Below, piece by piece: positions 1 to 10,530 of a stretch of DNA of 42,409 nucleotides. The position numbers were made by a program, and so were the translations under genes. The notes beneath the pieces were generated by a model. The model saw only the letters and a list, made by a program, of their open reading frames with translations, was not told the origin of the DNA and made no database searches. Source of the DNA: Octopus bimaculoides (lineage: Eukaryota); contig NC_068986.1 in assembly GCF_001194135.2 (NCBI RefSeq), positions 101,937,977 to 101,980,385 on the forward strand, given 5' to 3'. The number at the start of each line of letters is the position of its first letter. Position 1 is the first letter of the stretch.

Positions 1-29
1 CACACATATATTCTATCTTTCTTTATTTC

Positions 30-135
30 ATCGTGTTTCTTTTTGTTGAAAAGTGTAGGTTCGAAACGTAAAAGTCTTTCTCACATTCCAAAGTGTTAAA
101 CTAATACACCTGTTTGTTGTATATACACCTGTCTT
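30..135 (+). mobile_element. Penelope-like element 3' end (pLTR) fragment with degenerate hammerhead-like motif
   Basis: TGTTGAAAAGTGTAGGTTCGAAACGTAAAAGTCTTTC...GTGTTAAACTAATACACCTGTTTGTTGT is colinear with 10450-10530; it has the GAA-stem-GAAACGT layout typical of PLE terminal repeats. Confidence 0.5.
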
Positions 136-261
136 TACAAAGCTTACGTCCTTACAGAGAAAGTTATAAGAATTATTAAGGAATGGAAAACAATACTCCT
201 ATAAAAAACAAAATGAAAAGACCGTGTATACTCATATAAGTCCAATAATATAAGAGGTATG

Positions 262-961
262 GTAAGAAATATTATAGCTGATATTATCAAGTAAAAAAAT
301 ATATAATTAGCCCAGCTACTCACTGAGAATAAAGTGGCTTTAGTGTGAAGTTAGTATGAAAGAAGAATCCTCTAACACCAGAAGAGATATCTGGAAATCC
401 AAATATCTTGGTTCTCTGCCCATCTCATGGTATGAGTTTTTTTTTTCTGATCTGTACATATGTCACAAACATTTAATTATACTCTTTTACTCTTTTACTT
501 GTTTCCGTCAATTGACTCCGGTCATGCTGGAGTACCGCCTATAGTCGAGCAAATCGACCCGAGGACTTATTCTTTGTAAGCCTAGTACTTANNNNNNNNN
601 NGTAAGAAATATTATAGCTGATATTATCAAGTAAAAAAATATATAATTAGCGCAGCTACTCCCTGAGAATAAAGTGGCTTTAGTGTGAAGTTAGTATGAA
701 AGAAGAATCCTCTAACACCAGAAGAGATATCTGGAAATCCAAATATCTTGGTTCTCTGCCCATCTCATGGTATGAGTTTTTTTTTTCTGATCTGTACATA
801 TGTCACAAACATNNNNNNNNNNNNNNNNNNNNNCACAAACATTTAATTATACTCTTTTACTCTTTTACTTGTTTCCGTCAATTGACTCCGGTCATGCTGG
901 AGTACCGCCTATAGTCGAGCAAATCGACCCGAGGACTTATTCTTTGTAAGCCTAGTACTTA
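262..961 (+). repeat. Tandem near-identical duplication across a 10-N gap (262-591 vs 602-961), probably an uncollapsed haplotype or contig overlap
   Basis: The 330-bp unit is repeated with two substitutions (312 C/652 G; 322 A/662 C). The second copy contains a 21-N gap (813-833) with CACAAACAT repeated on both sides. Confidence 0.85.
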
Positions 962-1230
962 TTCTATCGGTCACTTTTGCCGAAGAGCTAGGTTACGGGG
1001 AAGTAAACACACCAGCTTCGGTTGTCAAGCGATGTTGGGTGAACAAACACAGACATAAAACGCACATACATACACACACATATATTTATATACGTATATA
1101 CGACGGGTGTCTTTCTGCTTCCGTCTACCAAATCCACTCATAAGGCTTTGGTCGGCCCGAGGCTATAGTAGAAGACACTTGCCCAAGTTTCTTAAGCAAG
1201 CTACCTACCACACAGCCACTCCTATGCCTA
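850..1230 (-). mobile_element. tRNA-derived SINE, family B (CORE-like central region, internal microsatellite, GAGTAAAA-repeat tail); tail also present in the duplicate at 480-591
   Basis: On the minus strand: head GGAGTGGCTGTGTGGTAGGTAGCTTGCTT, core CTTGGGCAAGTGTCTTCTACTATAGCCTCGGGCCGACCAAAGCC matching 16925-16990, and tail GGCGGTACTCCAGCATGACC...AAGTAAAAGAGTAAAAGAG. The B-box region appears deleted at 1188-1192. Confidence 0.85.
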
Positions 1231-2367
1231 TACACAACATCGATGATAGTTACTTCAGTTCAGAAAGCATCGGATCCGAATTCACACGCTAAAGTAGATG
1301 AAAAGTAATATCTTCGTGGCCCGGAATTTACCAGTGTGCCAAGGAATGGATACTGCCGTATATGGTGGCACAGAATCAACATGCGAATTGTGGAAAATAC
1401 AATGCAACTCATTAGCTGTAATGTAGCCACCATTTTGCTTGAGGGACAGTGTCACTCATACGTTATTCTCATCGTTCGTTTGCAGGAGTCTGATCAGAAT
1501 TGATATCCCCAGCATAACAAGAAGAATATGCGAGAAGACAACAATGGGTTCGCACTCTACATCCTCGCGTTCGGCTTATACGTCTGTGTCTAGAAAACTA
1601 CATTTATTGCATGAAAAGAAACAATCGTTACCAAATTTAAATTCCTTACTTTTTCATAAAGCTAATGATTATACCTAATATTTCCATTCAGTTATTTTGA
1701 TTATTTTTATGGACAATATAACACCATTACTAATAGTCTTATATATCAAATATAATGAAGGGTTGCAACTATGGCTTCAGAAATAATCTAATTTGTTTCG
1801 TTGTATAACTTGTCAATACATATTCTGTATTATATAATCCAAAAGGCTTCTGTGAGCAGAAATAATATGAACTGACCTACAAATCTGTTCAATGATAGTG
1901 ACGTAACGATATTAATTTGAATTTCAGTTTCCGTAGACATTTTAACAAATGTCTTCGTAAATTTACATAAGCTTCTATGGGAAATTTCATCAGTCTGAAC
2001 ACAAAAATTAAGGGACAATTCATTTCAGTAAAATTATAATCACTAAATTGTATTATTCATCAGGTTTATGTGTGTATCATCTTGAGTTGATTGGTAATGT
2101 ATTTTCCTTTGAGTTGTCACTATTAAATTCGTTATATTGTAGTTAATATTGTAAATGTCCTTTCTCTCACGTCTTCATTTTCTCTCTCCCTTCCTATCCT
2201 CTTTTGGTACATATATACATGCATAGAGATAAATTACCCACGCAGATACCAGACGCATTATTAAACTCATCAACATGTAAGGATCTCGTGTTATTACTCG
2301 ATTGAGCAATGCCACTGTAATTGATTCTAGGGGTAAATCTTCAGGTCACTTCGCAGCAATACAATTA

Positions 2368-2411
2368 TTTACTGAGTCATTATATTTTACTGAGTCATTT
2401 TACTGAGTCAT
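2368..2411. promoter_or_regulatory. Three TGAGTCA (AP-1 consensus) motifs in a short imperfect tandem repeat
   Basis: TGAGTCA at 2373-2379, 2391-2397 and 2404-2410, each within TTTACTGAGTCATT. Function is not shown. Confidence 0.3.
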
Positions 2412-2940
2412 TGTCATTTTCTAAAACATTGACAATGAATACAGAAATGAGTACAAGTGCATAATTTTATTTCTACATAACATTATACAGACTATAACGT
2501 TTAAATTTGTCCGAAACACGTTTTGGCTGCATAGGAAACTAACAATTGTAAATGCAATTACAATTGCAATTGATCAAAACTAGTTGACTTTAGTCTCGTT
2601 AGAAAAAGAGAATTTTATTCCAAAACTCCTTATCCTTACTTCTGTTTGTATCTTTCTATTTTTAGGACATTTATTTTCTAGGTTCTTTCGAATTTTTAAA
2701 ATTTATTTCTTTTTATTTATCTAGGAATAAGCATTATATTACGTTTCAAGGTCACAAAATTATTTAAGGGTGCAGATTTTGATGCAAGTGTGATGAAATA
2801 CTAGTTTCGTATTTAAAGCGCAAATGTATTATTTATCACATGGAACATTTGTGTGCAATGGCGTAAGAAGCAGAAAGCTCTCGAAACAAACTTTAACTAA
2901 TCACTAAAGGGGCGATGCATTGTTTGACTTATCTGGATTA

Positions 2941-3003
2941 TACTCTTTTACTCTTTTACTTGTTTTAGTCATTTGACTGTGGCCATGCAGGAGCACCGCC
3001 TTT
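2941..3003 (-). mobile_element. SINE family B 3' tail fragment (5'-truncated)
   Basis: Reverse complement GGCGGTGCTCCTGCATGGCCACAGTCAAATGACTAAAACAAGTAAAAGAGTAAAAGAGTA is colinear with the tail at 850-910. Confidence 0.8.
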
Positions 3004-4042
3004 TTTACATCTCACTTTTGGTGAGAGTCACACACTGTATTTCGCGGTATGACACATTGATTTTGTACACCAGCAGAACTTCGATCTTCCTTGTGATTCC
3101 ATTTCGAGAATATAATTAGACTCGGGCTCGAGCTGATTGGTGTATTGGAAGTATTCCAACTTCAGTAACATTGTATATGCATATACATACACGCATACAC
3201 ACTCACACACACGCAAACATCCACAAACACACCCACGCACGCACACACATGCACACACATACACACGCACACACACACACATATATATATATATANNNNN
3301 NNNNNNNNNNNNNNNNNNNNNNNNNNNNNNNNNNNNNNNNNNNNNNNNNNNNNNNNNNNNNNNNNNNNNNNNNNNNNNNNNNNNNNNNNNNNNNNNNNNN
3401 NNNNNNNNNNNNNNNNNNNNNNNNNNNNNNNNNNNNNNNNNNNNNNNNNNNNNNNNNNNNNNNNNNNNNNNNNNNNNNNNNNNNNNNNNNNNNNNNNNNA
3501 TATAAGAATGTATGCAAAAGAAAATCTGTAAGATATCAATGCACAGTAACACTTCGAGACAATACATATTTTTATATTAGGGATACGGAAAATGAAATAG
3601 AAAAAAAAAACGCATTTCTACACAATTGTACACTTTTAGAAACCACCATAAATCCAACAAAACCGGATTAAGTAAATTTTATCTGGGAGTTAAATTGTAA
3701 TATAAATATTAACATTGGGCTATTATGAGATTTAATAGCTTCACCACCTTGTTATGAATTTAATAATAAAAATGTTTTCTATGTATAAATGAAAATGTTT
3801 TGTTCTCTCGGCAAAATGCACACTATTTAACCTTAGAGATGAAAGAGTTAAGTATGCACATGGGAAAATATATATTTTCGAAACACAAATAAATAGATAA
3901 AAGAACTCACTACTATATTTGCACATATTAATCTGTAACACAAACTATCGCTTTTATTTACTTCATTTTTGATCAATTTGATATTTCATATTTTAATTAT
4001 AGATTTATATTTATTATTGATTTCAAATTAATGGGGTTGGAT

Positions 4043-4068
4043 GTAACCTGAAACCGATTTCAAATTAC
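4043..4068. repeat. Single copy of an imperfect palindrome GTAAYYTGAAATCGATTTCAAATTAC
   Basis: GTAACCTGAAACCGATTTCAAATTAC matches the palindrome at 5198-5223. Confidence 0.55.
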
Positions 4069-4674
4069 TCCGTGCTATTCACATTACCCCAATCAATGGT
4101 TTTGGTAAAATAAAAAAAAAATAAGACTTACTACTCCTGATATTATTATCATATTAAACACAGATTACGTTCAAGATTGTAAATTAATCTTAAGGTAAGA
4201 AAATAAGACAAATATATTTTTTAAACATTTTCATGATCCACTGAGAAAAAGAAACATGTCGAATATCTGTTTTGCATTTTTTATTCTAAACAAAAACATT
4301 TCATTTTTTATTTTGGTTTATGAGAAAGTGATTCGTATTAGAGTATTTTTTCGATTTATATGTAGCAGATGGATGTTGTTTATAGTGAACTGAGTTGAGT
4401 TGACAGAATAAAACGATAAGAGATTGCGTTGAAGAATGATATGTATTTTATATGCAAATTTATATATACAACTTAAACTGGTAACGAAATGTATTTATAT
4501 ACATTAAAACATCATTGCAGTTTGTATTTTTTACGCTTCGAGCTTGCGTATTTAGACTTTCGTAATTTGTTTCTTGCTTTTTATTTGCTGGCAATTTCTC
4601 AATATATTTAGTGATGTTGGTATCATTTACTTACTTTTCTACTACTTTATTGCTATTTGAAAGTCAATATGTAT

Positions 4675-4840
4675 TTTCCCACAAACTTCTGCAACAGTGT
4701 AAGGACCTGTGCGGCGTTCTGTAAAATGCCCTCCCTTTCTGCCCTCTCTAATAAGGTTGTTGAGCAGAACTTTATTTCCAATACTGCTCGTGTTTTCTAT
4801 CGTATTGTTCTGTTAGAACGGACTAGGCTATTCTAATATA
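4675..4840 (-). mobile_element. Decayed Ty3/Gypsy-type (or Ginger) integrase C-terminal relic with GPY motif
   Basis: Minus-strand translation gives IRIA*SVLTEQYDRKH, then after a frameshift IGNKVLLNNLIREGRKGGHFTERRTGPYTVAEVCGK (GPY at 4699-4707). This follows the NIxxAQxxQKxxYDRKH...VGDKVLL...GPY pattern. Confidence 0.6.
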
Positions 4841-5178
4841 CTAAAAATACCAATTCTGGATATGCTTCTTTCACATTTCTTCAGATTTAAGTAACTAAAT
4901 GAAACCTTCAGCAACATAAAGTCTCTGATTTTTCATACATTTATAAATGTACATTATGCATGCGCACACATAATAAACATCACTACATACACTTAATGAG
5001 TTCACCTATTATCTCCCTTGATGCAAACTTGCATTATTAATTATTCTTTTTGTTAATTATATTTCTAAGTTACAGAAGAAAAACGATGATGATGATGATG
5101 ATGGTAGTAAAAATAATAATGATTCTCCCAATTTCTATCACGGTGGCGAACACTTGTGGAAGTATTTTAGGTAGGGGA

Positions 5179-5287
5179 TGATCTGAAATCGTAGGGCGTA
5201 ACTTGAAATCGATTTCAAATTACTCCCGGGGGTAATCTGAAAGCGATTTGAAGTTTTTAATCTGAATGGGAGGTAATCTGAAATCGC
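5179..5287. repeat. Cluster of (G)TAATCTGAAATCG motifs including a 26-bp near-perfect palindrome; possible MITE/satellite relic
   Basis: Motif copies near 5179, 5198, 5232, 5258 and 5273; 5198-5223 GTAACTTGAAATCGATTTCAAATTAC is self-complementary except for one pair. Confidence 0.55.
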
Positions 5288-5660
5288 TTTACCGGCATGC
5301 TAAATATGACAGACAAAATGCCTAAACCACAAGATTTCAATTTAGCACAAAGGTGAAACCATGCAAATGATTAAACATCCTAAGAGCCCTTACCAATGAA
5401 GAAAATAATTGATAATTGAAAAATTCAGACTTACACCTATCACTTCGATCATCTTTTTAAATTTGCTCCGGCATTAAAGACAGTCATAGTACACATTGGT
5501 TGAGATAAATAAGCTATATAACCCTGGGATCAGTAAGCCACGCTGAAGAAGAACTAAGAGTTTTTCCACAAAGTTCAAAATCACAGTATTACGGGCCTGT
5601 CTGAGTTTTTCAGTTTTCAATTATCTGTTAGTACCCTTAATCATTGATACAGACTATTAA

Positions 5661-5663
5661 TAC

Positions 5664-5694
<31 letters not shown>

Positions 5695-5696
5695 TA

Positions 5697-5766
<70 letters not shown>
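5661..5766. repeat. Compound (CA)n(TA)n microsatellite
   Basis: Seen directly. Confidence 0.95.
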
Positions 5767-5773
<7 letters not shown>

Positions 5774-6157
5774 TTTAATCAAAAGATTAAATGTGGTACA
5801 TAAAATGTTTGTGGCACCAGAATTTGGTAGGGTAAAAACAAAAACAAAATCAATGGATTTGGTGAATAAAATTTGAAGAAAAGCTACAAAAATGTATTAG
5901 GTTATAGCAGTTTGTACGTTTCGTACAAACTTCATTTATTTATATATATATAAATGCACGTTGCGGTCAGAATTTTGAATAAATATTTTTTAGTGCTCTC
6001 GCTCGTTCAGTCGATCTTTTGAAAATATCTTGAAGAGTTCAATTGAAAGGACAAGACCACAAATAAAACCTTATCCAGCATTCCGACTGCTTCCTTTTTC
6101 CTAACATAAAATATCTGTACACCAATTCACACACTCTATACATATATACGTGTGGGG

Positions 6158-6245
6158 GTATGTATGTATGTATGTATGTATGTATGTATGTATGTATGTA
6201 TGTATGTGTGTACGTGTGTATGCATGTATGTATGTGTGCATATGT
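6158..6245. repeat. (GTAT)n microsatellite decaying into (GT)n
   Basis: Seen directly. Confidence 0.9.
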
Positions 6246-7512
6246 GCGTGTCTCTATATATAGTCAGTGGGCATAATATATATTTGAGATATAGAAACAA
6301 GGTTTAGTATTCGATATACAAAAAACATATAAATAAATTCCAATGAAATGTAAGAAAGGAACAATTTCTTCCTAATTTGCTAATGTGTATCTACAGTTTA
6401 TGATAAAATGTAGATAGTAATCCATTTGATTTCAGAATCACTTATTTCTTCAGATATTATCCGTTCGTCAGTTGTGAGTGAAAGTAGCATATAAATTGCG
6501 AATTCTATGACAAGANNNNNNNNNNNNNNNNNNNNNNNNNNNNNNNNNNNNNNNNNNNNNNNNNNNNNNNNNNNNNNNNNNNNNNNNNNNNNNNNNNNNN
6601 NNNNNNNNNNNNNNNTAAATTAAAGAGAAAGAGAGAGAGAGAGTGTGTTCGTGCATGTGTACGTGTGAGTATATAAGAACCTAACGGCATTGGACGTGAA
6701 AAATCTCATTCGATGCATCATGACATTTGTTACATAAACCGATACATGGCATTATTAAATTTGCTGCTTATGTTCTAAGGTAGAAAATTCTTGAGGGAAA
6801 CGAATGTTAAGAGAAGCAATATATCTCGTTCACACTCACGCTCTTTCCAACTCTCTATTTATACAGAAACATTTATTTGCATAAATTCTGTCATACTCAA
6901 GCAGACGCACACACAAACATACACATATAAACGTGCGCACACACACGCGCGTATATGTGTATTGTGTATAGATAAACACACATACATACATACATACATA
7001 TATATATATGTGTGTCTATGTATGCAGATGTGTATGTGTGTGTGTTTTATATATGAATGTTTTTGTGAAAGATTATATGTGTATATTCATATCTGTCATA
7101 AATATATAAAGAGGCAGCGGGGAATAGCCTGAGCGAGTGAAGGAGATATATTTCCGCTCCTAACTTTGATATCCCTCGCAAATTATCTTTAGTACTTTAC
7201 CACATGCACCGCATTTAATAATGTCATGTATTGAAATTATGTAACAAATGTCACTATGCATATAACTATACTTTTTTCAGCCTATGCAAGGAAATTATCT
7301 TTTCTAAAATATTAATTCCTTGCCATAATAGCGCTTGTTGTGAAAGCTTACAAAACAAAGTTATGATATTTTATATTTTATTAATAAATATAATATGACA
7401 TCCTTAAATCGCTTTTAAAATTCATCAAAATTTAAACAGTGTGATCAACAGATCTGCTTCGAAAATCTTAACACAACGGCTTTAGAGTTTAATGTAAATG
7501 CATAAGGTTTTG

Positions 7513-7750
7513 CGCTGGCAGAGTCGGCAGCACGCCGGGTAAAAACGCTGGCAGAGTCGGCAGCACGCCGGGTAAAAATGCATGGCAGTATTTCCTCCGT
7601 TTTCATGTTCTAAGTTCAATTTTCGTCAAGGTTGACTTTGACTTTCATAATTCCGGTGTTGATAAAATGTGTAGCAGTTGAACATTTCGATCGATGTTAT
7701 TGACTTTCAGCTCCCACTCGAAATTGCTGGCCTAGTGCCGAAATCTAAAA
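7513..7750 (+). mobile_element. tRNA-derived SINE, family A, diverged, with a perfect 33-bp head duplication
   Basis: CGCTGGCAGAGTCGGCAGCACGCCGGGTAAAAA occurs at 7513-7545 and 7546-7578; the body TAAGTTCAATTTTCG...GTTGACTTTGACTTTCAT is colinear with 12083 and 13314. Confidence 0.8.
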
Positions 7751-8305
7751 CCTATTTAAATGCATGATTTACACAGAAGCAAAACAGTTTCATACTGATT
7801 ATTTATAGTATTACTTGTCACGAAAACCGATCTTACGTATATAAGATATATTTGTATTATGTATGAGTATATGCATTATAGCACATAGGATAGGATGTTT
7901 ATAGTCTTGAATTCATCTCAGCATAATTTTCGTTTATAGGAGCTGACTTGGATCGGACTAAAAAAACTACAACGTTCTTTGCTAGTTTTCATATATTGAC
8001 ATCTTATCGTGTTCGTTAGTTGCTACGAAGCGTAGCATTCAAAGTTTTAACCAAATAACAAGGTATATGCTTCATACGAAAGCTGCGTAATTAGTGTACA
8101 CGGAATTATTACTAAAAGTTCGAATGCTCATTTGGATTTACCTGCAAAAAAAGTAGAAACAAAATAACATCAATACATAAAGAGATAACATCGTTCCAGA
8201 TGCATTTCTATTGCGTAGCACATGTGACAAATATATTTCAGGCATTGTGAGGGAATTTGGCCGACAGAAACTAAAAGCATTCCCGTCAAATGCACACGCG
8301 CGCGC

Positions 8306-9573
8306 ACGAAGACGTTCCTGGTTTTAAGAGTATCGTGAAATATTAGAGCCGTTATCATTACAGGGGTGGGTTACGACACCTATTTAGGAGAATATATGCA
8401 CAAGTTCATGATGGTATGCAATACATCATTCTCAAATTTGCAGGTTTAAATCATAATACAGCTCATACAGTGAATCTGGAAAAACTGAAATACGAGTGAT
8501 CATGAAGTTCTCCCCGGTGCGTAGTAAATGAACGCCGGAAGTCTAAGGCGAGATGAAGAATGTACTGAAGTATGACTGTTCGTTTTATCCTACACTGAAA
8601 GCTTAAGTGTCAAGGTTTCTGACTAGTCATTACAACGTCAGACATGATTCTTAGTAAGGACAGTAATCTTCTGCGGCGACAGAGGGCAAATCCGCCGCTG
8701 TACACTTCATACTTATGGAGGACCGCCGGATTTCAGGTAAAGTCATAGCTCACACTCTCGAAATTTCCTGGGATAGAGTTGATTACAACATCTATAAATC
8801 TCTGGACATGAGAAAGCTTCCCTTAAGCTTTCCGCAAAAGGGTGCCCAATACAGATCACTTGCGCATCAGAGTGACGATATCAAAGGCGATTTTATTCCG
8901 GTTTGCTGCAGGAGAGGCAATATTTATGACTCGTCTAGTTACAATAGATGAAAGTTGGCTTCATAATTATGATCCCGAGACCGAACAGCTACCAATGGAT
9001 GCCTGAGCAGATCACAGCGTACCAAGAGGTTTCTGGCCCAGAAGTCAACTGGAAAGATTCTGGCTTCAGCGTTTACGATTAAAACAATGTACTCCTCATA
9101 AGATACCCGCCAAAAAGTTGCATCATCAACGCAAACTGCTACATGTTTCTACATTAAGATTTGAAGCGGAAAATCTGTGAAACGTCGAGGTGTGGTATCC
9201 TGTTTGCCGATCAATGTACCACCAGAGACAGAACATTAAACTGTACAGAAATTATGCGACGTTTGCTTCGAACTGGTAGGCCACAAACCCAACGCACTCT
9301 ATTGACTTGGCCCTCTCAAACTATCATTCATTTACACAACTGAAGAAGCACTAAAGGGAACCAAATTTCAATCCGAATCGTAGTGATCGCTGCGACAGAG
9401 TCCTAGATGGTGGTCCGACTTTCTGAGGTCTTTTTGCAGGGCCTGGAAAAACAGATGGGTCGCTGCTGTAAAAGTGTGAATAAGAGAGGGTATATGTCGA
9501 ATAAAATCATAAGTAGCTAATCCTCCTATATTTCCTTTTACCCACAACCAGGAACTTTTCAACGCGCTCTCGT
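8306..9573 (+). mobile_element. Full-length decayed mariner (DD34D-type) transposon; transposase pseudogene
   Basis: Fragments in order: GKTEIRVIMKF; MEDRRISGKVIAHTLEISWDRV...LDMRKL (ORF 8715); LVTIDESWLHNYDPETEQ (8935-8988); HSIDLALSNYHSFTQLKKH (from 9295, equivalent to YSPDLAPSDY). Right TIR CCAGGAACTTTTCAACGCGCTCTCGT at 9548-9573; degraded left TIR ACGAAGACGTTCCTGG at 8306-8321. Length about 1.27 kb. Confidence 0.9.
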
Positions 9574-9919
9574 GTGTATAAACGTACGTATATGTGTCTG
9601 TGTTTTTGTGTGTGTGTGTCTGTGCTTGTGTGTGTGTTTCTGTGTGTGTGGTTCTATCTGTATCATTTAACACTGCTTGGCACCCGGTCTTGCTTTTATT
9701 GCATCCTAGTAACATTATGATTTAACAAAATACAATTATAGAATAATTATTAGCCCTCAATGTAGAAACATGTACTAGTTTTACCTATATTCGTTTGACT
9801 GTAATGCTTCAAAATTTGCTGCAGCATGTTCTGAGTACAATGACTGAAATAAGCAAAATAAAAACGGTAAGTAAACACAATACATAGCCTTAATTTTTTT
9901 CCTCAAATTCACACTGCAC

Positions 9920-10060
9920 ACACAACACACATGCATACACACATTCATATGTGTGTGTGTGTGTTTGTGTGTCTATGTGTGTGTGTGTTTGTGTGTCTAT
10001 GTGTGTGTTTGTGTGTGTGCGCATGTGTGCTATGTGCATACTCACACACACATATACGCA
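9920..10060. repeat. Imperfect (CA)n/(GT)n microsatellites (also 9590-9650)
   Basis: Seen directly; source of the CVCV-type spurious ORF 9931..10125. Confidence 0.9.
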
Positions 10061-10229
10061 CAATAGTTACGTACGTATTCCCGGATTTGCGTTGCAGCCT
10101 CTGTAGTGTGTTATTGAACTATTGAATAAGTTGGTGTGAAGAAGGAGTCAAGTTGGACGTTTATTTGTAGTCATTACAATTGCTTCCATGCAACGTAGTT
10201 CTACACATATATGGTTATGTAACCGTTTG

Positions 10230-10530
10230 AATGCATTATAAGACCTAGTTGTGCTTCCCCAGGCGATACATATATCGTCTGAGAAATCACAACTAAATCT
10301 CATAGTGCGGGGAAACGGTAACTTTACCAAGTACCTGCAAGCCTGAAGGACTGTGTAGTCATTTTACTATGTGGACCGTTGGTCCTATGCACTCTTTTTT
10401 CTCTCTCCACTTTTTCCTTTTCTTCGATTTTTCTCATTCTCACTTGTTCCTGTCGAAGAGCGTAGGCTCGAAATGTAAAAGACTTTTCCATTTTTCACAA
10501 GTGTTAAACAAATAGACCTGTTTGTTGTTC
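10230..10530 (+). mobile_element. Penelope-like element 3' relic: GIY-YIG-type C-terminal remnant followed by a pLTR with hammerhead-like motif
   Basis: Translation fragment TCKPEGLCSHF resembles the GTLxPxGLN terminus of PLE endonucleases. It is followed by a pyrimidine tract and CTGTCGAA-GAGC-GTAG-GCTC-GAAATGTAAAAG (10450-10481), homologous to 44-75. Confidence 0.55.

Noticed and set aside
356-914. Two near-identical ORFs MKEESSNTRRDIW...
   Set aside because: They reflect the gap-flanking duplication and run into a SINE tail; no protein motif.
1260-1678. Complex island with acceptor-like tttgcag and ORF 1439..1678
   Set aside because: No recognisable motif in any frame, no matching donor, length within chance range.
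5430-5545. Minus-strand ttcttcttcag...GGT|gtaagt exon-like segment
   Set aside because: Stops in all three frames; could only be UTR or non-coding, with no support.
9826-9867. Plus-strand 42-nt AG...GTAAGT segment (HVLSTMTEISKIKT)
   Set aside because: Moderate acceptor and unrecognisable peptide; GTAAGT is expected many times by chance in AT-rich DNA.
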